Assembly (NCBI GenBank): GCA_963755125.1
Contig: CAVWIP010000001.1
Location: 96,001 to 160,000, forward strand
Source: an uncultured delta proteobacterium
Lineage (GTDB): Bacteria; Myxococcota_A; Polyangia; Fen-1088
Length of the DNA: 64,000 nucleotides
Reading direction: 5' to 3'
This document shows, one piece after another, positions 41,387-55,953 of the stretch (position 1 is the first letter of the stretch; every line of letters begins with the position of its first letter). Position numbers and translations under genes: made by a program. Below the pieces are notes generated by a model. It ran no database searches. It was given only the letters and a program-made list of their open reading frames with translations, and was not told the origin of the DNA.

Positions 41387-41438
41387 GGCAGATAGCCGGC
41401 CGAACGATCCGCATGCGCGCGGAGGATCAAGTTAAGTC

Positions 41439-43517
<2,079 letters not shown>

Positions 43518-43542
43518 AAGGTCTCGTTGGTAGGAGGACTTT

Positions 43543-44739
43543 ATGGCCAAAGAAAAGTTCATACGAAACAAGCCGCACCTGAACGTAGGGACGATCGGGC
43601 ACGTGGATCATGGGAAGACCACGTTGACGGCAGCGATCACCAAGGCACTGGCGAAGAAGAACCTGGCGAAGTTCACAGCGTACGACCAGATCGACAAGGC
43701 GCCGGAGGAGCGGGAACGCGGGATCACGATCGCGATCGCGCACGTGGAGTACGCGACGGAGAAGCGTCACTATGCGCACGTGGATTGCCCAGGGCACGCG
43801 GACTACATCAAGAACATGATCACCGGGGCGGCGCAGATGGACGGGGCGGTGCTGGTGGTATCGGCGCCGGACGGACCGATGCCGCAGACGCGGGAGCACA
43901 TTCTGTTGGCGCGGCAGGTAGGGGTGCCATCGATCGTGGTGTACCTGAACAAGGTGGACATGGTGGCGAAGGAGGACGCGGAGCTGTTGGACCTGGTGGA
44001 GCTGGAGTTACGCGAACTGTTGTCGAAGTACGAATTTCCCGGGGACACGACGCCGATCGTGCGCGGGAGCGCGCTGAAGGCCTTGGAAGGGGATCCGTCG
44101 GACATCGGGGAAGGGTCGGTATGGAAGCTGATGGAGGCGTTGGACAGTTTCATCCCTGAGCCGAAGCGAGAGACGGACAAGCCGTTTCTGATGCCTGTGG
44201 AGGACGTATTCACGATTTCGGGACGCGGGACAGTGGTGACCGGGCGCATTGAGCGCGGGATCATCAAGGTAGGGGAGGAAGTGGAGATCGTGGGATTCAA
44301 GGACACGCAGAAGACGGTGGTGACTGGGGTGGAGATGTTCCGGAAGCTGTTGGATGAAGGGCGGGCCGGGGACAACGTTGGGGCGTTGCTGCGTGGGACG
44401 AAGCGAGAGGACGTGGAGCGAGGGCAGGTGTTGGCGAAGCCCGGGTCGATCACGCCGCACAAGAACTTCCGAGCGGAGGTGTACGTATTGAAGAAGGAGG
44501 AGGGGGGGCGGCACACGCCATTTTTCAAGGGATACCGGCCGCAGTTTTATTTTCGGACGACGGACGTGACCGGCGAGGTGAAGCTGCCTGAGGGGATGGA
44601 GATGGTGATGCCCGGGGACAACGTGAACATGGAGATCAACCTGATCACGCCGATCGCGTGCGAAGAGAAGCTACGTTTCGCGATTCGGGAAGGTGGCAAG
44701 ACGGTTGGCTCCGGTGTCGTGACCAAGATCCTCGAGTAG
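43543..44739 (+). CDS. tuf: Elongation factor Tu (copy 2, protein identical to copy 1)
   Basis: Identical 398-aa translation. Confidence 0.99.
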   Translation: MAKEKFIRNKPHLNVGTIGHVDHGKTTLTAAITKALAKKNLAKFTAYDQIDKAPEERERGITIAIAHVEYATEKRHYAHVDCPGHADYIKNMITGAAQMDGAVLVVSAPDGPMPQTREHILLARQVGVPSIVVYLNKVDMVAKEDAELLDLVELELRELLSKYEFPGDTTPIVRGSALKALEGDPSDIGEGSVWKLMEALDSFIPEPKRETDKPFLMPVEDVFTISGRGTVVTGRIERGIIKVGEEVEIVGFKDTQKTVVTGVEMFRKLLDEGRAGDNVGALLRGTKREDVERGQVLAKPGSITPHKNFRAEVYVLKKEEGGRHTPFFKGYRPQFYFRTTDVTGEVKLPEGMEMVMPGDNVNMEINLITPIACEEKLRFAIREGGKTVGSGVVTKILE

Positions 44740-44785
44740 GCGGACCGGGCGGAGTTTTCCAAAGGACACCAGAAGGGGGCGCAAC

Positions 44786-45091
<306 letters not shown>

Positions 45092-45099
45092 GGAAGGCC

Positions 45100-45741
45100 A
45101 TGCAGATCGACGTCGTCAACATGGAAGGCCAGAAAGTCGGCCAGATGGAACTGGCCGACGAGGTATTTGGCTGCAAGGTGCGCGAGCATCTGCTTTGGGA
45201 GACCGTCAAGGCGCAGCAGGCCGCGCGTCGCGCGGGCACCCATTCGACCCTCACGCGCGAGTTCGTGCGCGGCGGTGGACGCAAACCCTACCGCCAGAAA
45301 GGTACCGGCAACGCGCGCCAGGGTTCGACGCGCTCGCCGAACTTCGTAGGCGGCGGAAAGGTCTTCGGGCCTCATCCGCGTGACTACGAATACACTCTGC
45401 CCCGCAAGGTCAAGAAGGCAGCGCTGGCCTCGGCCCTGTCCCTGCGCGCGCAAGAGAAGAAGTTGATCATTGTCGAGCGGCTGGTCGTGGAGACGCCCAA
45501 GACCAAGCGCCTGGTGGCGGTTCTCAAGGCTCTGGGCCTCGACTCGGCAGTGGTGGTGGACGGAAAGCACAACGGCAATTTGGCCAAGTCGGTGCGCAAC
45601 CTGACCGTTTGCACCTGCCTGCCACCCGAGGGACTCAACGTCTACGACATTCTCATGCGCTCCGGACTGGTCATCGCCAAGGACGTCGTCAAGGAAGTCG
45701 AGGCGCGTATCGTTGGCTCCGGCGCTGAGGCCGCAGCCTAG
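45100..45741 (+). CDS. rplD: 50S ribosomal protein L4
   Basis: [30 protein letters not shown]. Confidence 0.97.
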   Translation: MQIDVVNMEGQKVGQMELADEVFGCKVREHLLWETVKAQQAARRAGTHSTLTREFVRGGGRKPYRQKGTGNARQGSTRSPNFVGGGKVFGPHPRDYEYTLPRKVKKAALASALSLRAQEKKLIIVERLVVETPKTKRLVAVLKALGLDSAVVVDGKHNGNLAKSVRNLTVCTCLPPEGLNVYDILMRSGLVIAKDVVKEVEARIVGSGAEAAA

Positions 45742-45760
45742 AAAGGCAGAAAGGCAAGTC

Positions 45761-46090
45761 ATGCGCTCCCCTGAAAGAATCATCAAGCGCCCGCTGCTCA
45801 CCGAGAAGGGCTCCTTGCTCAAGGAAACCGGTGGCCGGCCTGAGGAGGACATCGACGCGGAGCAAGTCCAGCCCCAGCTCTTGCTCGAAGTGTCGCGCGA
45901 TGCCAACAAGATCGAAATCAAGCATGCGGTCGAGAAGCTGTGGAACGTCAACGTGCTCAAGGTGCGCACGGCCATCGTGCAGGGCAAGCAGAGGCGGGTA
46001 GGTCGCCACATCGGCCAGCGCTCAAATTGGAAACGCGCATTGGTCACCTTGGCGGCCGGCCAGAAGATCGATTTCTTCGAGGGAGTCTAG
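45761..46090 (+). CDS. rplW: 50S ribosomal protein L23
   Basis: [29 protein letters not shown]. Confidence 0.95.
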   Translation: MRSPERIIKRPLLTEKGSLLKETGGRPEEDIDAEQVQPQLLLEVSRDANKIEIKHAVEKLWNVNVLKVRTAIVQGKQRRVGRHIGQRSNWKRALVTLAAGQKIDFFEGV

Positions 46091-46093
46091 CCC

Positions 46094-46927
46094 ATGGGTC
46101 TTCGCACCATCAACCCGACAACGCCCGGCGTGCGCGGCAGGATCGCACCCGATTTCTCCGACCTCACGCAGGGCAACCAGCCGCTCAAGGCACTGACCGA
46201 GTCCAAGCCGGCGACCGGTGGCCGCAACCATTTCGGTCGCGTGACTTCGCGCTTTCGGGGTAGCGGGCACAAGCGTCGCTTCCGCATCGTCGATTTCCGC
46301 CGCGACAAGCTCGGCGTGCCCGCCAAGGTGGCCAGCATCGAGTACGACCCCAACCGTAGCGCGCGCATCGCTCTTCTGCACTACGTGGACGGCGAGAAGA
46401 GATATATTTTGTGGCCGGTCGGACTTGCGGTGGGCGACACGGTGATTTCTTCGGCCAGCGCCGACATCAAGCCCGGCAACGCCTTGCCGCTGCGGAACAT
46501 CCCGCTCGGCACCACGATCCATAATGTGGAATTGAAGGTGGCGGGCCGGGCGCAGATGGTTCGTTCCGCTGGCAGCGGGGCGCAGCTCATGGCCAAGGAA
46601 GGGGAGTGGGGGCAGGTGCGGTTGCCCTCGGGCGAGGTTCGCCTGGTTCACCTTGATTGCCGGGCCACGGTCGGGCAACTGGGCAACGTCGAACACAGCA
46701 GCGTGCACAACGGCAAGGCCGGGCGAACCCGCTGGCTCGGTCGGCGTCCGCACAACCGTGGCGTTACCATGAATCCCGTCGATCACCCGATGGGTGGTGG
46801 CGAAGGCCGGTCGTCCGGTGGGCGCCATCCTTGTTCGCCCTGGGGCCAGCTCAGCAAGGGACTCAAGACCCGCCAAAACAAGAGGACGGATCGCATGATC
46901 ATCAAGCGCCGGGGAAAGAAGGCGTAG
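46094..46927 (+). CDS. rplB: 50S ribosomal protein L2
   Basis: [30 protein letters not shown]. Confidence 0.98.
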   Translation: MGLRTINPTTPGVRGRIAPDFSDLTQGNQPLKALTESKPATGGRNHFGRVTSRFRGSGHKRRFRIVDFRRDKLGVPAKVASIEYDPNRSARIALLHYVDGEKRYILWPVGLAVGDTVISSASADIKPGNALPLRNIPLGTTIHNVELKVAGRAQMVRSAGSGAQLMAKEGEWGQVRLPSGEVRLVHLDCRATVGQLGNVEHSSVHNGKAGRTRWLGRRPHNRGVTMNPVDHPMGGGEGRSSGGRHPCSPWGQLSKGLKTRQNKRTDRMIIKRRGKKA

Positions 46928-46929
46928 CC

Positions 46930-47295
46930 ATGCCACGCTCAGTAAAGAAGGGCGCATTCGTGGATCGTCACCTGATGAGCAAGGTGACGGATATGCAGGG
47001 GCAAAAGGCCAAGAAGGTCATCAAGACCTGGTCGCGTCGCTCCACCATCATCCCCGACATGGTCGGGTTGACCTTTGCCGTGCACAACGGGCGCAAGTTC
47101 CTTCCCGTGTTCGTGACCGAGAACATGGTCGGGCACAAGCTCGGTGAATTCGCGCCTACCCGGATTTTCCAGACCCACTCCGGGGATCGCAAGGCGGCAG
47201 CCGGGGCCGCGGCTCCGGGTGCGCCGGCGGCTCCGGGTGCGCCGGGGGCTGCGGGTGCGCCGGCGCCGACGGCGCCCGCGGCTGACAAGAAGTAG
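46930..47295 (+). CDS. rpsS: 30S ribosomal protein S19 with Ala/Pro/Gly tail
   Basis: [30 protein letters not shown]. Confidence 0.97.
   Translation: MPRSVKKGAFVDRHLMSKVTDMQGQKAKKVIKTWSRRSTIIPDMVGLTFAVHNGRKFLPVFVTENMVGHKLGEFAPTRIFQTHSGDRKAAAGAAAPGAPAAPGAPGAAGAPAPTAPAADKK
47212..47265 (+). repeat. 18-bp tandem repeat x3 encoding the S19 tail
   Basis: GCTCCGGGTGCGCCGGCG / GCTCCGGGTGCGCCGGGG / GCTGCGGGTGCGCCGGCG. Confidence 0.85.
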
Positions 47296-47314
47296 CAAGA
47301 GAAAGACGACGAAC

Positions 47315-47650
47315 ATGGCACACGCAGTGTTGAGACGGTTCCGGCAGTCGCCGCGCAAGGTGCGCATGGTGGCTGACATGATCCGCGGGCGCAATGTGGC
47401 CGAGGCGCTGTCTATCCTCGAACTTCAGCAGCGCAAGGCCGCTCGCATGTTGTCAAAGGTCTTGAGCTCCGCGGTCGCCAACGCAACCACCAATGAGAAG
47501 GCCGACGCCGACGCGCTGGTGGTGACCAAGGTGAGCGTCGACCCAGGGCCGACCGAGAAACGCTGGCTGGCGCGATCCATGGGCCGCGCCAACCGGATCA
47601 ACCGTCGAACCTCCAACGTGACCGTCGTGGTCAACGTGGCGCAGGAGTAA
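47315..47650 (+). CDS. rplV: 50S ribosomal protein L22
   Basis: [30 protein letters not shown]. Confidence 0.96.
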   Translation: MAHAVLRRFRQSPRKVRMVADMIRGRNVAEALSILELQQRKAARMLSKVLSSAVANATTNEKADADALVVTKVSVDPGPTEKRWLARSMGRANRINRRTSNVTVVVNVAQE

Positions 47651-47655
47651 TTGCA

Positions 47656-48303
47656 ATGGGGCAGAAGACACATCCAGTAGGATTTCGGCTCGGTGTCGTC
47701 CGCGGCTGGAGTTCACAGTGGTATTCGGAGAAGGACTTCGCGAAGTGGTTGCACGAAGACATCCGCCTCAAGAAGTTCGTGAAGGAGAAGCTGGGTCATG
47801 CCGGGGTGGCCTCGGTCGAGGTCGAGCGCGCCGCCAACAAGGTGAAGATCAACATCTACACCGCGCGGCCGGGGATCGTGATTGGCAAGCGCGGCGCCGG
47901 CGTCGAGACCTTGAAGAAGGAAGTCCAGGCGCTCACCTCCAACGAGGTGTTCCTCAACATCCAGGAAGTGCGCAAGGCCGAGACCAACGCGCAGTTGGTG
48001 GCGGAGAACGTCGCGACCCAGCTCGAACGTCGAGTGGCCTTCCGCCGCGCCATGAAGAAGGCGGTGCAGACCGCGATGAAGTTCGGCGCCAAGGGCATTC
48101 GACTGGCGTGCTCCGGCCGTCTGGGTGGCGCCGAGATGGCGCGCTACGAGTGGTATCACGAAGGCCGCGTGCCCTTGCACACCCTGCGCGCGGACATCGA
48201 GTACGGCTTCACCGAGGCGCACACGACCTACGGGGCCATCGGCGTGAAGTGTTGGATCTTCAAGGGCGAGGTTCTTCCGCAACGGTCGGTTCGTCTGGCC
48301 TAG
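47656..48303 (+). CDS. rpsC: 30S ribosomal protein S3
   Basis: [33 protein letters not shown]. Confidence 0.98.
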   Translation: MGQKTHPVGFRLGVVRGWSSQWYSEKDFAKWLHEDIRLKKFVKEKLGHAGVASVEVERAANKVKINIYTARPGIVIGKRGAGVETLKKEVQALTSNEVFLNIQEVRKAETNAQLVAENVATQLERRVAFRRAMKKAVQTAMKFGAKGIRLACSGRLGGAEMARYEWYHEGRVPLHTLRADIEYGFTEAHTTYGAIGVKCWIFKGEVLPQRSVRLA

Positions 48304-48321
48304 GCGCAACGAGAGGAAACC

Positions 48322-48738
48322 ATGCTGGCACCTGATCGAGTCAAGTGGCGCAAGCAGCAGAAAGGCAAGATGCGCGGCGTCTCCAAGGGCGGCGCTTTCG
48401 TCTCTTTCGGCGAATACGGATTGCAGGCGATGACCTGTGGCTTCGTGACCGCACGCCAGATCGAGGCGGCTCGTACCGCGATCTCGCGCCACGTGAAGCG
48501 CGGTGGAAAACTGTACGTGCGCATCTTCCCGGACAAACCCATCTCCAAGAAGCCGGCTGAAACCCGCATGGGCAAAGGCAAGGGCACCCCGGAGGAGTGG
48601 GTGGCCGTGATTCGGCCGGGCCGGGTGATGTATGAGCTTGAGGGTGTCACGGAGGAACTGGCGAAGCAGGCATTTCACCTGGCCAAGCACAAGTTGGCTG
48701 TGCGCACGCGGGTCATCGGACGGGAGCATTCGCTATGA
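48322..48738 (+). CDS. rplP: 50S ribosomal protein L16
   Basis: QIEAAR, RIFPDKP, RMGKGKG. Confidence 0.98.
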   Translation: MLAPDRVKWRKQQKGKMRGVSKGGAFVSFGEYGLQAMTCGFVTARQIEAARTAISRHVKRGGKLYVRIFPDKPISKKPAETRMGKGKGTPEEWVAVIRPGRVMYELEGVTEELAKQAFHLAKHKLAVRTRVIGREHSL

Positions 48739-48977
48739 AAGGCAAGATCCAGGCGAAAGACCTGCGCGGAAACGATGCGGGCGAACTGGCCCGTACGCTG
48801 CGAAAGTTGGAAGAGGATCTCTTCCAGTATCGGATGAAGAAGAACACGAACCAGCTCGAGAACACGATGCTGGTGCGCCACACCCGGCGGGACATCGCGC
48901 GGGTGAACACGGTGCTGGCCGAGCGGCTGCGCAAGTCGCCTGCGGCGGCGCCGGCTACCCCCGCGAAGGAGAAATAG
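48735..48977 (+). CDS. rpmC: 50S ribosomal protein L29
   Basis: QLEN...RRDIARVNT; synteny. Confidence 0.93.
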   Translation: MKGKIQAKDLRGNDAGELARTLRKLEEDLFQYRMKKNTNQLENTMLVRHTRRDIARVNTVLAERLRKSPAAAPATPAKEK

Positions 48978-48980
48978 GCC

Positions 48981-49295
48981 GTGGCCAACCAATCACCCAG
49001 CCCCGCCAAGAGTGACCAGGCCGTTCTCCCTTCGCGGCCTCAATCGCGCAAGCGAAAGCTGATCGGCGTGGTGACCAGCGACAAGATGAATAAGACGCGC
49101 GTGGTGACGGTGGAGCGCCGGCTGGCGCACGCCAAGTACGGCAAGTACATGACCAAGCGAGCGACCTACAAGGCGCACGACGAAAAGAACGAGTACCGGG
49201 TGGGCGATCGCGTGGTGATCGTGGAGTCGCGTCCGCTTTCGCGCGAGAAGCGCTGGCGAGTGGAGCGGCTTGTGGATCGACCCCAGGAAGTTTAG
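48981..49295 (+). CDS. rpsQ: 30S ribosomal protein S17
   Basis: [16 protein letters not shown]...GD.V.I.ESRPLS..KRW. Confidence 0.97.
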   Translation: MANQSPSPAKSDQAVLPSRPQSRKRKLIGVVTSDKMNKTRVVTVERRLAHAKYGKYMTKRATYKAHDEKNEYRVGDRVVIVESRPLSREKRWRVERLVDRPQEV

Positions 49296-49335
49296 CCCGG
49301 CTCGCAGGCAAAGAAACGGACGACAGGTTCAGATC

Positions 49336-49704
49336 ATGGTCCAGACGACGACAACTCTCGATGTGGCCGACAACTCGGGCGCCAAGAAGATTATGTGCAT
49401 CCGGGTGTTGGGTGGCACCAAACGCAAGTACGCTTCCCTGGGCGACGTGATCATCGTCTCCGTCAAGGAGGCTATTCCCAACGCCAAGGTGAAGAAGGGC
49501 GAGGTGGCCCGGGCGGTCATCGTGCGCACCAAGAAGGAGGTGTCGCGCCCGGATGGCTCGTACATCCGCTTTGATGCCAACTCGGCGGTGTTGGTCGACA
49601 AGGACAACGAGCCGATCGGGACCCGCATCTTTGGGCCGGTGGCGCGTGAGCTACGCGCGAAGCGATTCATGAAGATCGTCTCTTTGGCGCCGGAGGTGCT
49701 GTGA
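49336..49704 (+). CDS. rplN: 50S ribosomal protein L14
   Basis: [27 protein letters not shown]. Confidence 0.98.
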   Translation: MVQTTTTLDVADNSGAKKIMCIRVLGGTKRKYASLGDVIIVSVKEAIPNAKVKKGEVARAVIVRTKKEVSRPDGSYIRFDANSAVLVDKDNEPIGTRIFGPVARELRAKRFMKIVSLAPEVL

Positions 49705-50021
49705 TGCACGTTCGCAAGGGCGACAACGTGGTTGTGATTGCCGGCAAGGAGAAGGGTAAGCGCGGCCGCGTTCTGCGCATCCTTTCTGCCAAGGGCCGTG
49801 TGGTGGTCGAGCGGATCAACATGATCAAACGCCACACCAAGCCCACCCAGCGCAACCCACGTGGCGGCATTTTGGAGAAGGAAGGCTCACTCGAAGCCTC
49901 GAATGTGGCGCTGTGGTGCGGGAAGTGTAGCGCGGGCCGGCGTTGCCGGGCCGATATCAAAGAAGGACAGAAGAAGCGGCGCGTGTGTGTCAAGTGCGGG
50001 TCGGTGATTGAATCGGCATAG
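49704..50021 (+). CDS. rplX: 50S ribosomal protein L24
   Basis: [20 protein letters not shown] motif, SNV. Confidence 0.96.
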   Translation: MHVRKGDNVVVIAGKEKGKRGRVLRILSAKGRVVVERINMIKRHTKPTQRNPRGGILEKEGSLEASNVALWCGKCSAGRRCRADIKEGQKKRRVCVKCGSVIESA

Positions 50022-50047
50022 CCGCCAGGGGCAGAAGGAACAAAGCG

Positions 50048-50788
50048 ATGGCTGAGCAGAACGACAAACCCGAGAAAGGCGAAGAGGCCAAGCCGGCCAA
50101 GGGCGGCAAGCCTGTGCTGACCCCAGAGCAACAGGCGGAAGCCGCGGCGAAGAAGGCAGCGCGTGCGGCAGGAAAGGGCAAGGAGAACAAGGGAAAGGGC
50201 GGAGTTGCAAAAGGTGAGCTTGCCGCGGAGCGGGTCAAGCGCACTCAACCGTCACGCCTGCGCAAGCTCTTCGAAACCGAGCTGCGCACGCGCCTGATGG
50301 CCGAGTTGGGTCTGTCCAACGTCATGCAGGCTCCCCGCATACTCAAGATTACGGTGAACATGGGATTGGGCGAAGCCATCACCAATCCCAAGATCCTGGA
50401 CTCGGGCGTCGAGGACTTGACGTTGATCACTGGCCAGAAGCCGGTGGTCACCAAGTCCAAGAAGGCTATCGCGGCTTTCAAGCTCAAGGGGAATCAGAAG
50501 GTCGGCGCCATGGTGACCCTGCGGCGAGACAGCATGTACGAGTTCCTCGATCGTCTGGTCAGTTTCGCGCTTCCGCGGGTTCGCGACTTCAAGGGCGTCT
50601 CGCCCAAGGGTTTTGACGGACGAGGCAGCTATACGCTCGGGATCCGCGAAGGAAACATCTTTCCCGAGGCGAGCTTCGAGCGCGTGGAGAAGTCCAAGGG
50701 AATGAACATCACTATCACCACCACGGCGCGCACGGACGAGCAAGGCCGTGCTTTGCTGCGCCACCTCGGGATGCCGTTCAGGAGCTAG
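50048..50788 (+). CDS. rplE: 50S ribosomal protein L5 with long N-terminal extension
   Basis: [29 protein letters not shown]. Confidence 0.96.
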   Translation: MAEQNDKPEKGEEAKPAKGGKPVLTPEQQAEAAAKKAARAAGKGKENKGKGGVAKGELAAERVKRTQPSRLRKLFETELRTRLMAELGLSNVMQAPRILKITVNMGLGEAITNPKILDSGVEDLTLITGQKPVVTKSKKAIAAFKLKGNQKVGAMVTLRRDSMYEFLDRLVSFALPRVRDFKGVSPKGFDGRGSYTLGIREGNIFPEASFERVEKSKGMNITITTTARTDEQGRALLRHLGMPFRS

Positions 50789-50794
50789 CGAAAA

Positions 50795-50974
50795 ATGGCG
50801 AAGACCGTCGACATGTTCCCACCCACCCCCAAGTTTGCCGTGCGGCACCGGAATCGCTGCAAGCAGTGCGGCCGTTCGCGCGCATTCATTCGCAAATTCG
50901 AGTTGTGTCGTATTTGTTTCCGGCTGCTCGCCCTGCGCGGCGATGTTCCCGGTGTTGTCAAGTCGAGTTGGTAG
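50795..50974 (+). CDS. rpsZ: 30S ribosomal protein S14, zinc-binding type Z; not in ORF track
   Basis: MAKT...[25 protein letters not shown]...PGVVKSSW, 59 aa. Confidence 0.95.
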   Translation: MAKTVDMFPPTPKFAVRHRNRCKQCGRSRAFIRKFELCRICFRLLALRGDVPGVVKSSW

Positions 50975-50980
50975 GTTCCC

Positions 50981-51376
50981 ATGACCGATCCCATTGCTGA
51001 TTTTCTGACCCGGATTCGCAACGCCATCCTCGCGCGACAAGGCGACGTCATGTCTCCCTCGTCGCGTCTCAAGGTGCGCCTAGCCGAGTTGCTCAAGGAC
51101 GAGGGCTACATCACCGGCTTTGACGTCCACGATAACTTCGACGGGCATGCCGAGATCGTGGTTCGCTTGCGCTGGCCTCAGCCAGGGACCAATGCTATTA
51201 CCGGCCTGCGCCGGCGTTCTCGTCCTGGGCAGCGCGTGTATGTCGGACACGATCGGATTCCCAAGATCCGATCCGGGTTGGGCATCGCCATCCTGTCCAC
51301 TTCCCACGGCCTCATGACTGATCGGGCGGCCCGCAAGGCCGGGGTCGGGGGCGAACTGCTTTGTGAGGTCTGGTAG
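50981..51376 (+). CDS. rpsH: 30S ribosomal protein S8
   Basis: MTDPIADFLTRIRNA, SRPG.RVY, GGELLC.VW. Confidence 0.98.
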   Translation: MTDPIADFLTRIRNAILARQGDVMSPSSRLKVRLAELLKDEGYITGFDVHDNFDGHAEIVVRLRWPQPGTNAITGLRRRSRPGQRVYVGHDRIPKIRSGLGIAILSTSHGLMTDRAARKAGVGGELLCEVW

Positions 51377-51934
51377 ATGTCGCGCATCGGTCGCAAAGTC
51401 ATTCCGGTCCCCAAGGGCGTGACCCTCAGCCAGAAGCCTGGCCAGTTCTCGGTCAAGGGCCCGAAGGGTGAACTAGCTAAAATCCTCCCTGAGGGAATCA
51501 GCATCAAGTTGGAAGGCAACACGCTTGTCGTTTCCCGGGTGGATGATTCGCGCGAGAAGCGGGCACGCCACGGTCTGGTGCGTGCGCACCTCGCCAACAT
51601 GGTCAAAGGCGTCACCGAGGGTTGGACGCGTGAACTGGAGATTAACGGCGTCGGCTATCGCGCCGAGGTGGCTGGCGACACGGTGACCTTCGCGCTGGGC
51701 TACGCGCACCCCATCGTTTTCAAGCTGCCCAAGGTGGTCAGTGCCAAGGTGGAGAAGAATCGCCTCACCCTGAGCTCAGCCGACAAAGACCTGCTTGGTC
51801 AGATTGCGGCTAAGCTGCGCGAGTTGCGGCCTCCCGAGCCGTACAAAGGCAAGGGTGTCAAGTACGTGGAAGAAGTGATCAAGCGCAAGGTCGGCAAGGC
51901 TGCCGCGACCGGTGCGGCGGCGGGCGGCGGATAG
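51377..51934 (+). CDS. rplF: 50S ribosomal protein L6
   Basis: [23 protein letters not shown]. Confidence 0.98.
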   Translation: MSRIGRKVIPVPKGVTLSQKPGQFSVKGPKGELAKILPEGISIKLEGNTLVVSRVDDSREKRARHGLVRAHLANMVKGVTEGWTRELEINGVGYRAEVAGDTVTFALGYAHPIVFKLPKVVSAKVEKNRLTLSSADKDLLGQIAAKLRELRPPEPYKGKGVKYVEEVIKRKVGKAAATGAAAGGG

Positions 51935-51976
51935 CCTCGACCACGAATTTCGCAAGAAGAGCAAGGAACAGGACTC

Positions 51977-52348
51977 ATGGCACGCAAGAACAAGATCGAA
52001 AGTCGCACGCGCCGGCAGCGCTCGCTGCGCAAGCGGATTTCGGGTACGCCGGAACGGCCTCGCCTGGTGGTCTACCGCAGCGCCAAGCACATCTACGCCC
52101 AGGTGGTGGACGACTTGGTGGGCAAGACCCTGGTGGCAGCATCCGATCTGGTGGCCAAGAAGAACCCGCCGGCCGAAGCGCTCAAGGGCAAGAAGAAGGA
52201 TCGAGCCAAGCAGGTGGGGTCCTTGGTGGCGAAGAAGTGTCTGGAAAAGGGCATCAAGCAGGTTGTCTTCGACCGTGCCGGCTATCGCTACCACGGTCGC
52301 GTCTCGTCGATCGCCAGCGGTGCGCGCGAGGCGGGTTTGAAGTTCTAG
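51977..52348 (+). CDS. rplR: 50S ribosomal protein L18
   Basis: [34 protein letters not shown]. Confidence 0.97.
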   Translation: MARKNKIESRTRRQRSLRKRISGTPERPRLVVYRSAKHIYAQVVDDLVGKTLVAASDLVAKKNPPAEALKGKKKDRAKQVGSLVAKKCLEKGIKQVVFDRAGYRYHGRVSSIASGAREAGLKF

Positions 52349-52371
52349 GGTCAGAGTGACTAGGAGCAAGA

Positions 52372-52878
52372 ATGGCGATTAACTACGAAGAAGTTGGCGA
52401 GCTGGTCGACAGCGTCGTCTTCATCAACCGCGTCGCCAAGGTCGTCAAGGGCGGCCGGCGGTTCTCGTTCTCTGCCTTGGTGGTGGTTGGCGACCAGCGC
52501 GGGTATGTGGGCGCAGGTCTGGGCAAGGCCAATGAAGTCCCCGAGGCGATCCGCAAGGGCACCGAACAGGCCAAGAAGAACCTGTTCAAGATTCCCCTGG
52601 CCGGCACCACCATTCCTCATGAAGTCAAAGGGACGTTCGGCGCGGGCACCGTGCTCTTGCGGCCCGCCAGCCCCGGTACCGGCGTGATCGCGGGCGGCGC
52701 GGTTCGGCCGGTGCTCGAGGTGGCGGGGGTGCAGGACATCCTCACCAAGTGCATCGGAACCTCGAACCCCCACAACGTCATCCACGCGACCATCGATGCG
52801 CTCAAGAAGCTGAACAGCGGCGCAAGCATTGCCGCCCTGCGCGGCATGCGGTTGGAAGATATTACGGCAGCGGGTTAG
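52372..52878 (+). CDS. rpsE: 30S ribosomal protein S5
   Basis: [24 protein letters not shown]. Confidence 0.98.
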   Translation: MAINYEEVGELVDSVVFINRVAKVVKGGRRFSFSALVVVGDQRGYVGAGLGKANEVPEAIRKGTEQAKKNLFKIPLAGTTIPHEVKGTFGAGTVLLRPASPGTGVIAGGAVRPVLEVAGVQDILTKCIGTSNPHNVIHATIDALKKLNSGASIAALRGMRLEDITAAG

Positions 52879-52881
52879 ACC

Positions 52882-53067
52882 ATGGCCAAGAAGCTGAAAG
52901 TCACCTTGATCCGGAGCGGCATCAACCGCCCCGAGCCACAGAAATTGACCATCTGGCAACTGGGTTTGCGCAAGATGGGGCACAGCGCGGTGTTGCCGGA
53001 CAATCCGGCCGTGCGCGGGATGATCCGTTCCGTTGCCCACTTGGTAAAGGTCGAGGTGGCAGAGTAG
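52882..53067 (+). CDS. rpmD: 50S ribosomal protein L30
   Basis: [25 protein letters not shown]. Confidence 0.95.
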   Translation: MAKKLKVTLIRSGINRPEPQKLTIWQLGLRKMGHSAVLPDNPAVRGMIRSVAHLVKVEVAE

Positions 53068-53099
53068 ATCGCGAGCGAGAGCCGAAAGGAACCTGGAGC

Positions 53100-53555
53100 A
53101 TGGGTACCACGTTACACAACTTGAAGGGGCCGCGCGGCGCCAGACGGAATCGCAAGCGCATCGGTCGCGGTCCGGGCTCGGGCACGGGCGAACAGTCCGG
53201 CAAGGGCGTCAAAGGCCAGAAGGCCCGCACCGGTCACCATGGCGCGCGCCTTGGCTTCGAGGGCGGCCAGATGCCGATGCAGCGCCGGCTGCCCAAACGG
53301 GGATTCAAGAACATCTTCGCAGCCGAGACCTTCGCGGTGAACCTGCGCGACCTCGAGGAACGCTTCGAGGCGGGGACGGTCACCATCAATGAACTGCACG
53401 GGGTGGGCCTGATTCCGCGGCGCTGCCGCTGGGTCAAGGTGCTGGGTTCGGGAGAGTTGAGCAAGAAGTTCGTGGTGAAGGCCAACGCATTTTCGGTCAG
53501 TGCCAAGGACAAGATCGAGAAGAAAGGTGGACGCGCCGAAGTCGTGCAGGACTGA
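53100..53555 (+). CDS. rplO: 50S ribosomal protein L15
   Basis: RIGRGPGSG, GFEGGQMP..RRLPKRGF; ATG 53100. Confidence 0.96.
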   Translation: MGTTLHNLKGPRGARRNRKRIGRGPGSGTGEQSGKGVKGQKARTGHHGARLGFEGGQMPMQRRLPKRGFKNIFAAETFAVNLRDLEERFEAGTVTINELHGVGLIPRRCRWVKVLGSGELSKKFVVKANAFSVSAKDKIEKKGGRAEVVQD

Positions 53556-53602
53556 GAGCGTCGTTCAGAAACGGATGAACGTCGATTTCTAGGGGGAACT
53601 AA

Positions 53603-54949
53603 ATGGCCTCTGGCTTTCAAAATATGGGGAAGATCCCCGAGCTGCGGAGGCGTATTCTCTACACGCTCGCGCTGCTGGCGATTCACCGCATCGGCGTGGT
53701 GGTGACCACCCCGGGCGTGAACGCGAGCGTGATGAGCAAGATCGTCAACCAGGCCTCGGGAACCTTCCTGGGACTGTTCAACATGTTCTCGGGCGGCGCC
53801 CTGGAGAAGATGTCGATCTTCGCCTTGGGCATCATGCCCTACGTCAGCTCGTCCATCATCCTGCAGCTTCTGACCGTGGTCATCCCCAAGCTCGAACAGA
53901 TCCAGAAGGAAGGCGAGATGGGGCGGCGGAAGATCAACCAGTACACCCGCTACGGTTGCATCATTCTGTCGTTCATTCAGTCGTTCTTCATCGCGCGCTG
54001 GCTGGTGTCGAACAACTCCGCCTACGGCCATCTGGGCGAGGTGGTGCCTGACCCCAACTGGCACTTCTACCTTTTGACCATGCTGTCGCTCACCACGGGC
54101 ACGGCCTTCATCATGTGGCTGGGCGAACAGATCACCGAGCGCGGCATCGGCAATGGCATCTCGCTCATCATCTTCGCCGGCATCGTGACCGACATTCCTG
54201 ACGCCCTGGCCCGCCTCTACTTGCGCGCCAAGGACGGCAACATCACCGCGTTCTCTCTGGCCCTGATGGGGCTCATCGTGGTGGTGGTGGTGGCCGTCAT
54301 CATCTTCTTCGAGCGAGGCCAACGCCGCATTCCGGTCCAGTACGCCAAGCGGGTGGTAGGGCGCAAGATGTTCGGCGGGCAGTCCACCCACCTTCCGCTC
54401 AAGGTCAACACCTCGGGCGTGATCCCTCCCATCTTTGCGTCGTCGATCTTGATGTTTCCCCAGCAGGTCGCTTCGTTCTGGGACAATCCCATCGCCAAGG
54501 CATTCTCGGATGCGTTGCATCCCGGTGATTGGCGCTATGGCGTCCTCTACGTCGGCCTGATTGTCTTCTTCTGCTACTTCTACACGGCGGTGACCTTCAA
54601 TCCGGTGGACGTGGCGGACAACATGCGCAAATACGGAGGCTTCGTTCCTGGCATCCGTCCGGGCAAGGCCACGGCCCAGTACATCGACAAGGTTCTCACG
54701 CGCATCACGGCGGGCGGCGCCCTATACGTGTCCGCCATCTGCGTGTTGCCCACGTTGTTGAGCACCCACATGGGGGTTCCGTTCCACTTCGGCGGCACCG
54801 GTCTCATGATCGTGGTCGGCGTCGCGCTGGATACCGTGCAACAAATCGAGTCCCATCTCATCACGCGTAACTACGAGGGCTTCACCGGACCCAAAGGACC
54901 GCGCATCCGCGGAAGGGGCGGACCCGTGAGGGCTCCGGTAAGCGGCTGA
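53603..54949 (+). CDS. secY: Preprotein translocase subunit SecY
   Basis: [33 protein letters not shown]. Confidence 0.98.
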   Translation: MASGFQNMGKIPELRRRILYTLALLAIHRIGVVVTTPGVNASVMSKIVNQASGTFLGLFNMFSGGALEKMSIFALGIMPYVSSSIILQLLTVVIPKLEQIQKEGEMGRRKINQYTRYGCIILSFIQSFFIARWLVSNNSAYGHLGEVVPDPNWHFYLLTMLSLTTGTAFIMWLGEQITERGIGNGISLIIFAGIVTDIPDALARLYLRAKDGNITAFSLALMGLIVVVVVAVIIFFERGQRRIPVQYAKRVVGRKMFGGQSTHLPLKVNTSGVIPPIFASSILMFPQQVASFWDNPIAKAFSDALHPGDWRYGVLYVGLIVFFCYFYTAVTFNPVDVADNMRKYGGFVPGIRPGKATAQYIDKVLTRITAGGALYVSAICVLPTLLSTHMGVPFHFGGTGLMIVVGVALDTVQQIESHLITRNYEGFTGPKGPRIRGRGGPVRAPVSG

Positions 54950-55038
54950 GCTTGCGGCTTGTCAGGACCACTCATGACCACCCTTCGCGCATCCAGCGCT
55001 CGCTGGGCCAGCGGGATGCCCAGCACAATGAGGCGGAT

Positions 55039-55794
55039 GTGAAGGGAATTCAGCTCAAGTCGGCTGCCCAGATCGCCAAGCTGCGCGAAGCGAACCTCGT
55101 GGTCGCTGAAGTGCTTGACGTTCTAGCCGACGCGGCGGCCCCGGGCGTGAGCACGTGGGAACTCGATCAACTCGCGGTCAAGCACACCAAGCGCCTGAAA
55201 GCCGAATCGGCGTTTCTCGGCTATCGCGGCTATCCGGCGGTTCTATGTGCCTCGGTGAACAACACCATCGTGCACGGGATTCCGCGCATGGACGTGGTGC
55301 TCAAGGCCGGCGACATCCTTTCGTTGGACTTCGGCGCCTTCAAGGACGGCTGGTGCGGTGACTCGGCACGAACCCTGGAGATCGGTCCGGTTTCGCCGGA
55401 GGCCCACTCTCTGGTCGAGGCGACGAGGGAATCGCTGGACAAGGCGCTGGCACAGTGCGCGATCGGGCACCGGCTGGGGGACGTAAGCTGGGCGGTTCAG
55501 AGCCACGTCGAGGCACGTGGTTTTTCCGTCGTACGGCAATTCGCGGGGCATGGTATAGGGCGGCACATGCACGAACCTCCTCAGATTCCAAACTACGGAG
55601 AGGCCGGCAAGGGACCACGCCTGGCTGCGGGGATGGTCCTCGCGGTCGAGCCCATGGTGAATCAGGGCGGCTCCGACGTGGTAATCGAGGAGGATGAGTG
55701 GACTGCGGTTACCAAAGATGGTAGCCTCTCCGCCCATTTTGAGCACTCGGTGGCAATCACCGAGAACGGCCCGATGGTTTTGTCACGGGCGTGA
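55039..55794 (+). CDS. map: Methionine aminopeptidase type I (GTG 55039 start inferred)
   Basis: SVN..IVHGIP, D.G...[25 protein letters not shown]. Confidence 0.95.
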   Translation: MKGIQLKSAAQIAKLREANLVVAEVLDVLADAAAPGVSTWELDQLAVKHTKRLKAESAFLGYRGYPAVLCASVNNTIVHGIPRMDVVLKAGDILSLDFGAFKDGWCGDSARTLEIGPVSPEAHSLVEATRESLDKALAQCAIGHRLGDVSWAVQSHVEARGFSVVRQFAGHGIGRHMHEPPQIPNYGEAGKGPRLAAGMVLAVEPMVNQGGSDVVIEEDEWTAVTKDGSLSAHFEHSVAITENGPMVLSRA

Positions 55795-55811
55795 AACGGG
55801 GCAAGGGTTCC

Positions 55812-55925
55812 ATGAAGGTCAGAGCATCAGTCAAGAAGATCTGCGACAAGTGCAAGATTATCCGCCGCCGCGGAGTTGTGCGCGTCATTTGTGAGAACGC
55901 GCGCCACAAGCAGCGGCAAGGCTAA
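55812..55925 (+). CDS. rpmJ: 50S ribosomal protein L36 (zinc form); not in ORF track
   Basis: [37 protein letters not shown]. Confidence 0.97.
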   Translation: MKVRASVKKICDKCKIIRRRGVVRVICENARHKQRQG

Positions 55926-55953
55926 CCAGGATGAGAGCAGGAAAGGAAACCTC

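Noticed and set aside
54974..55042. 22-codon ORF (MTTLRASSARW...) between secY and map as an adk remnant or leader peptide
   Set aside because: No Adk P-loop similarity and no other support
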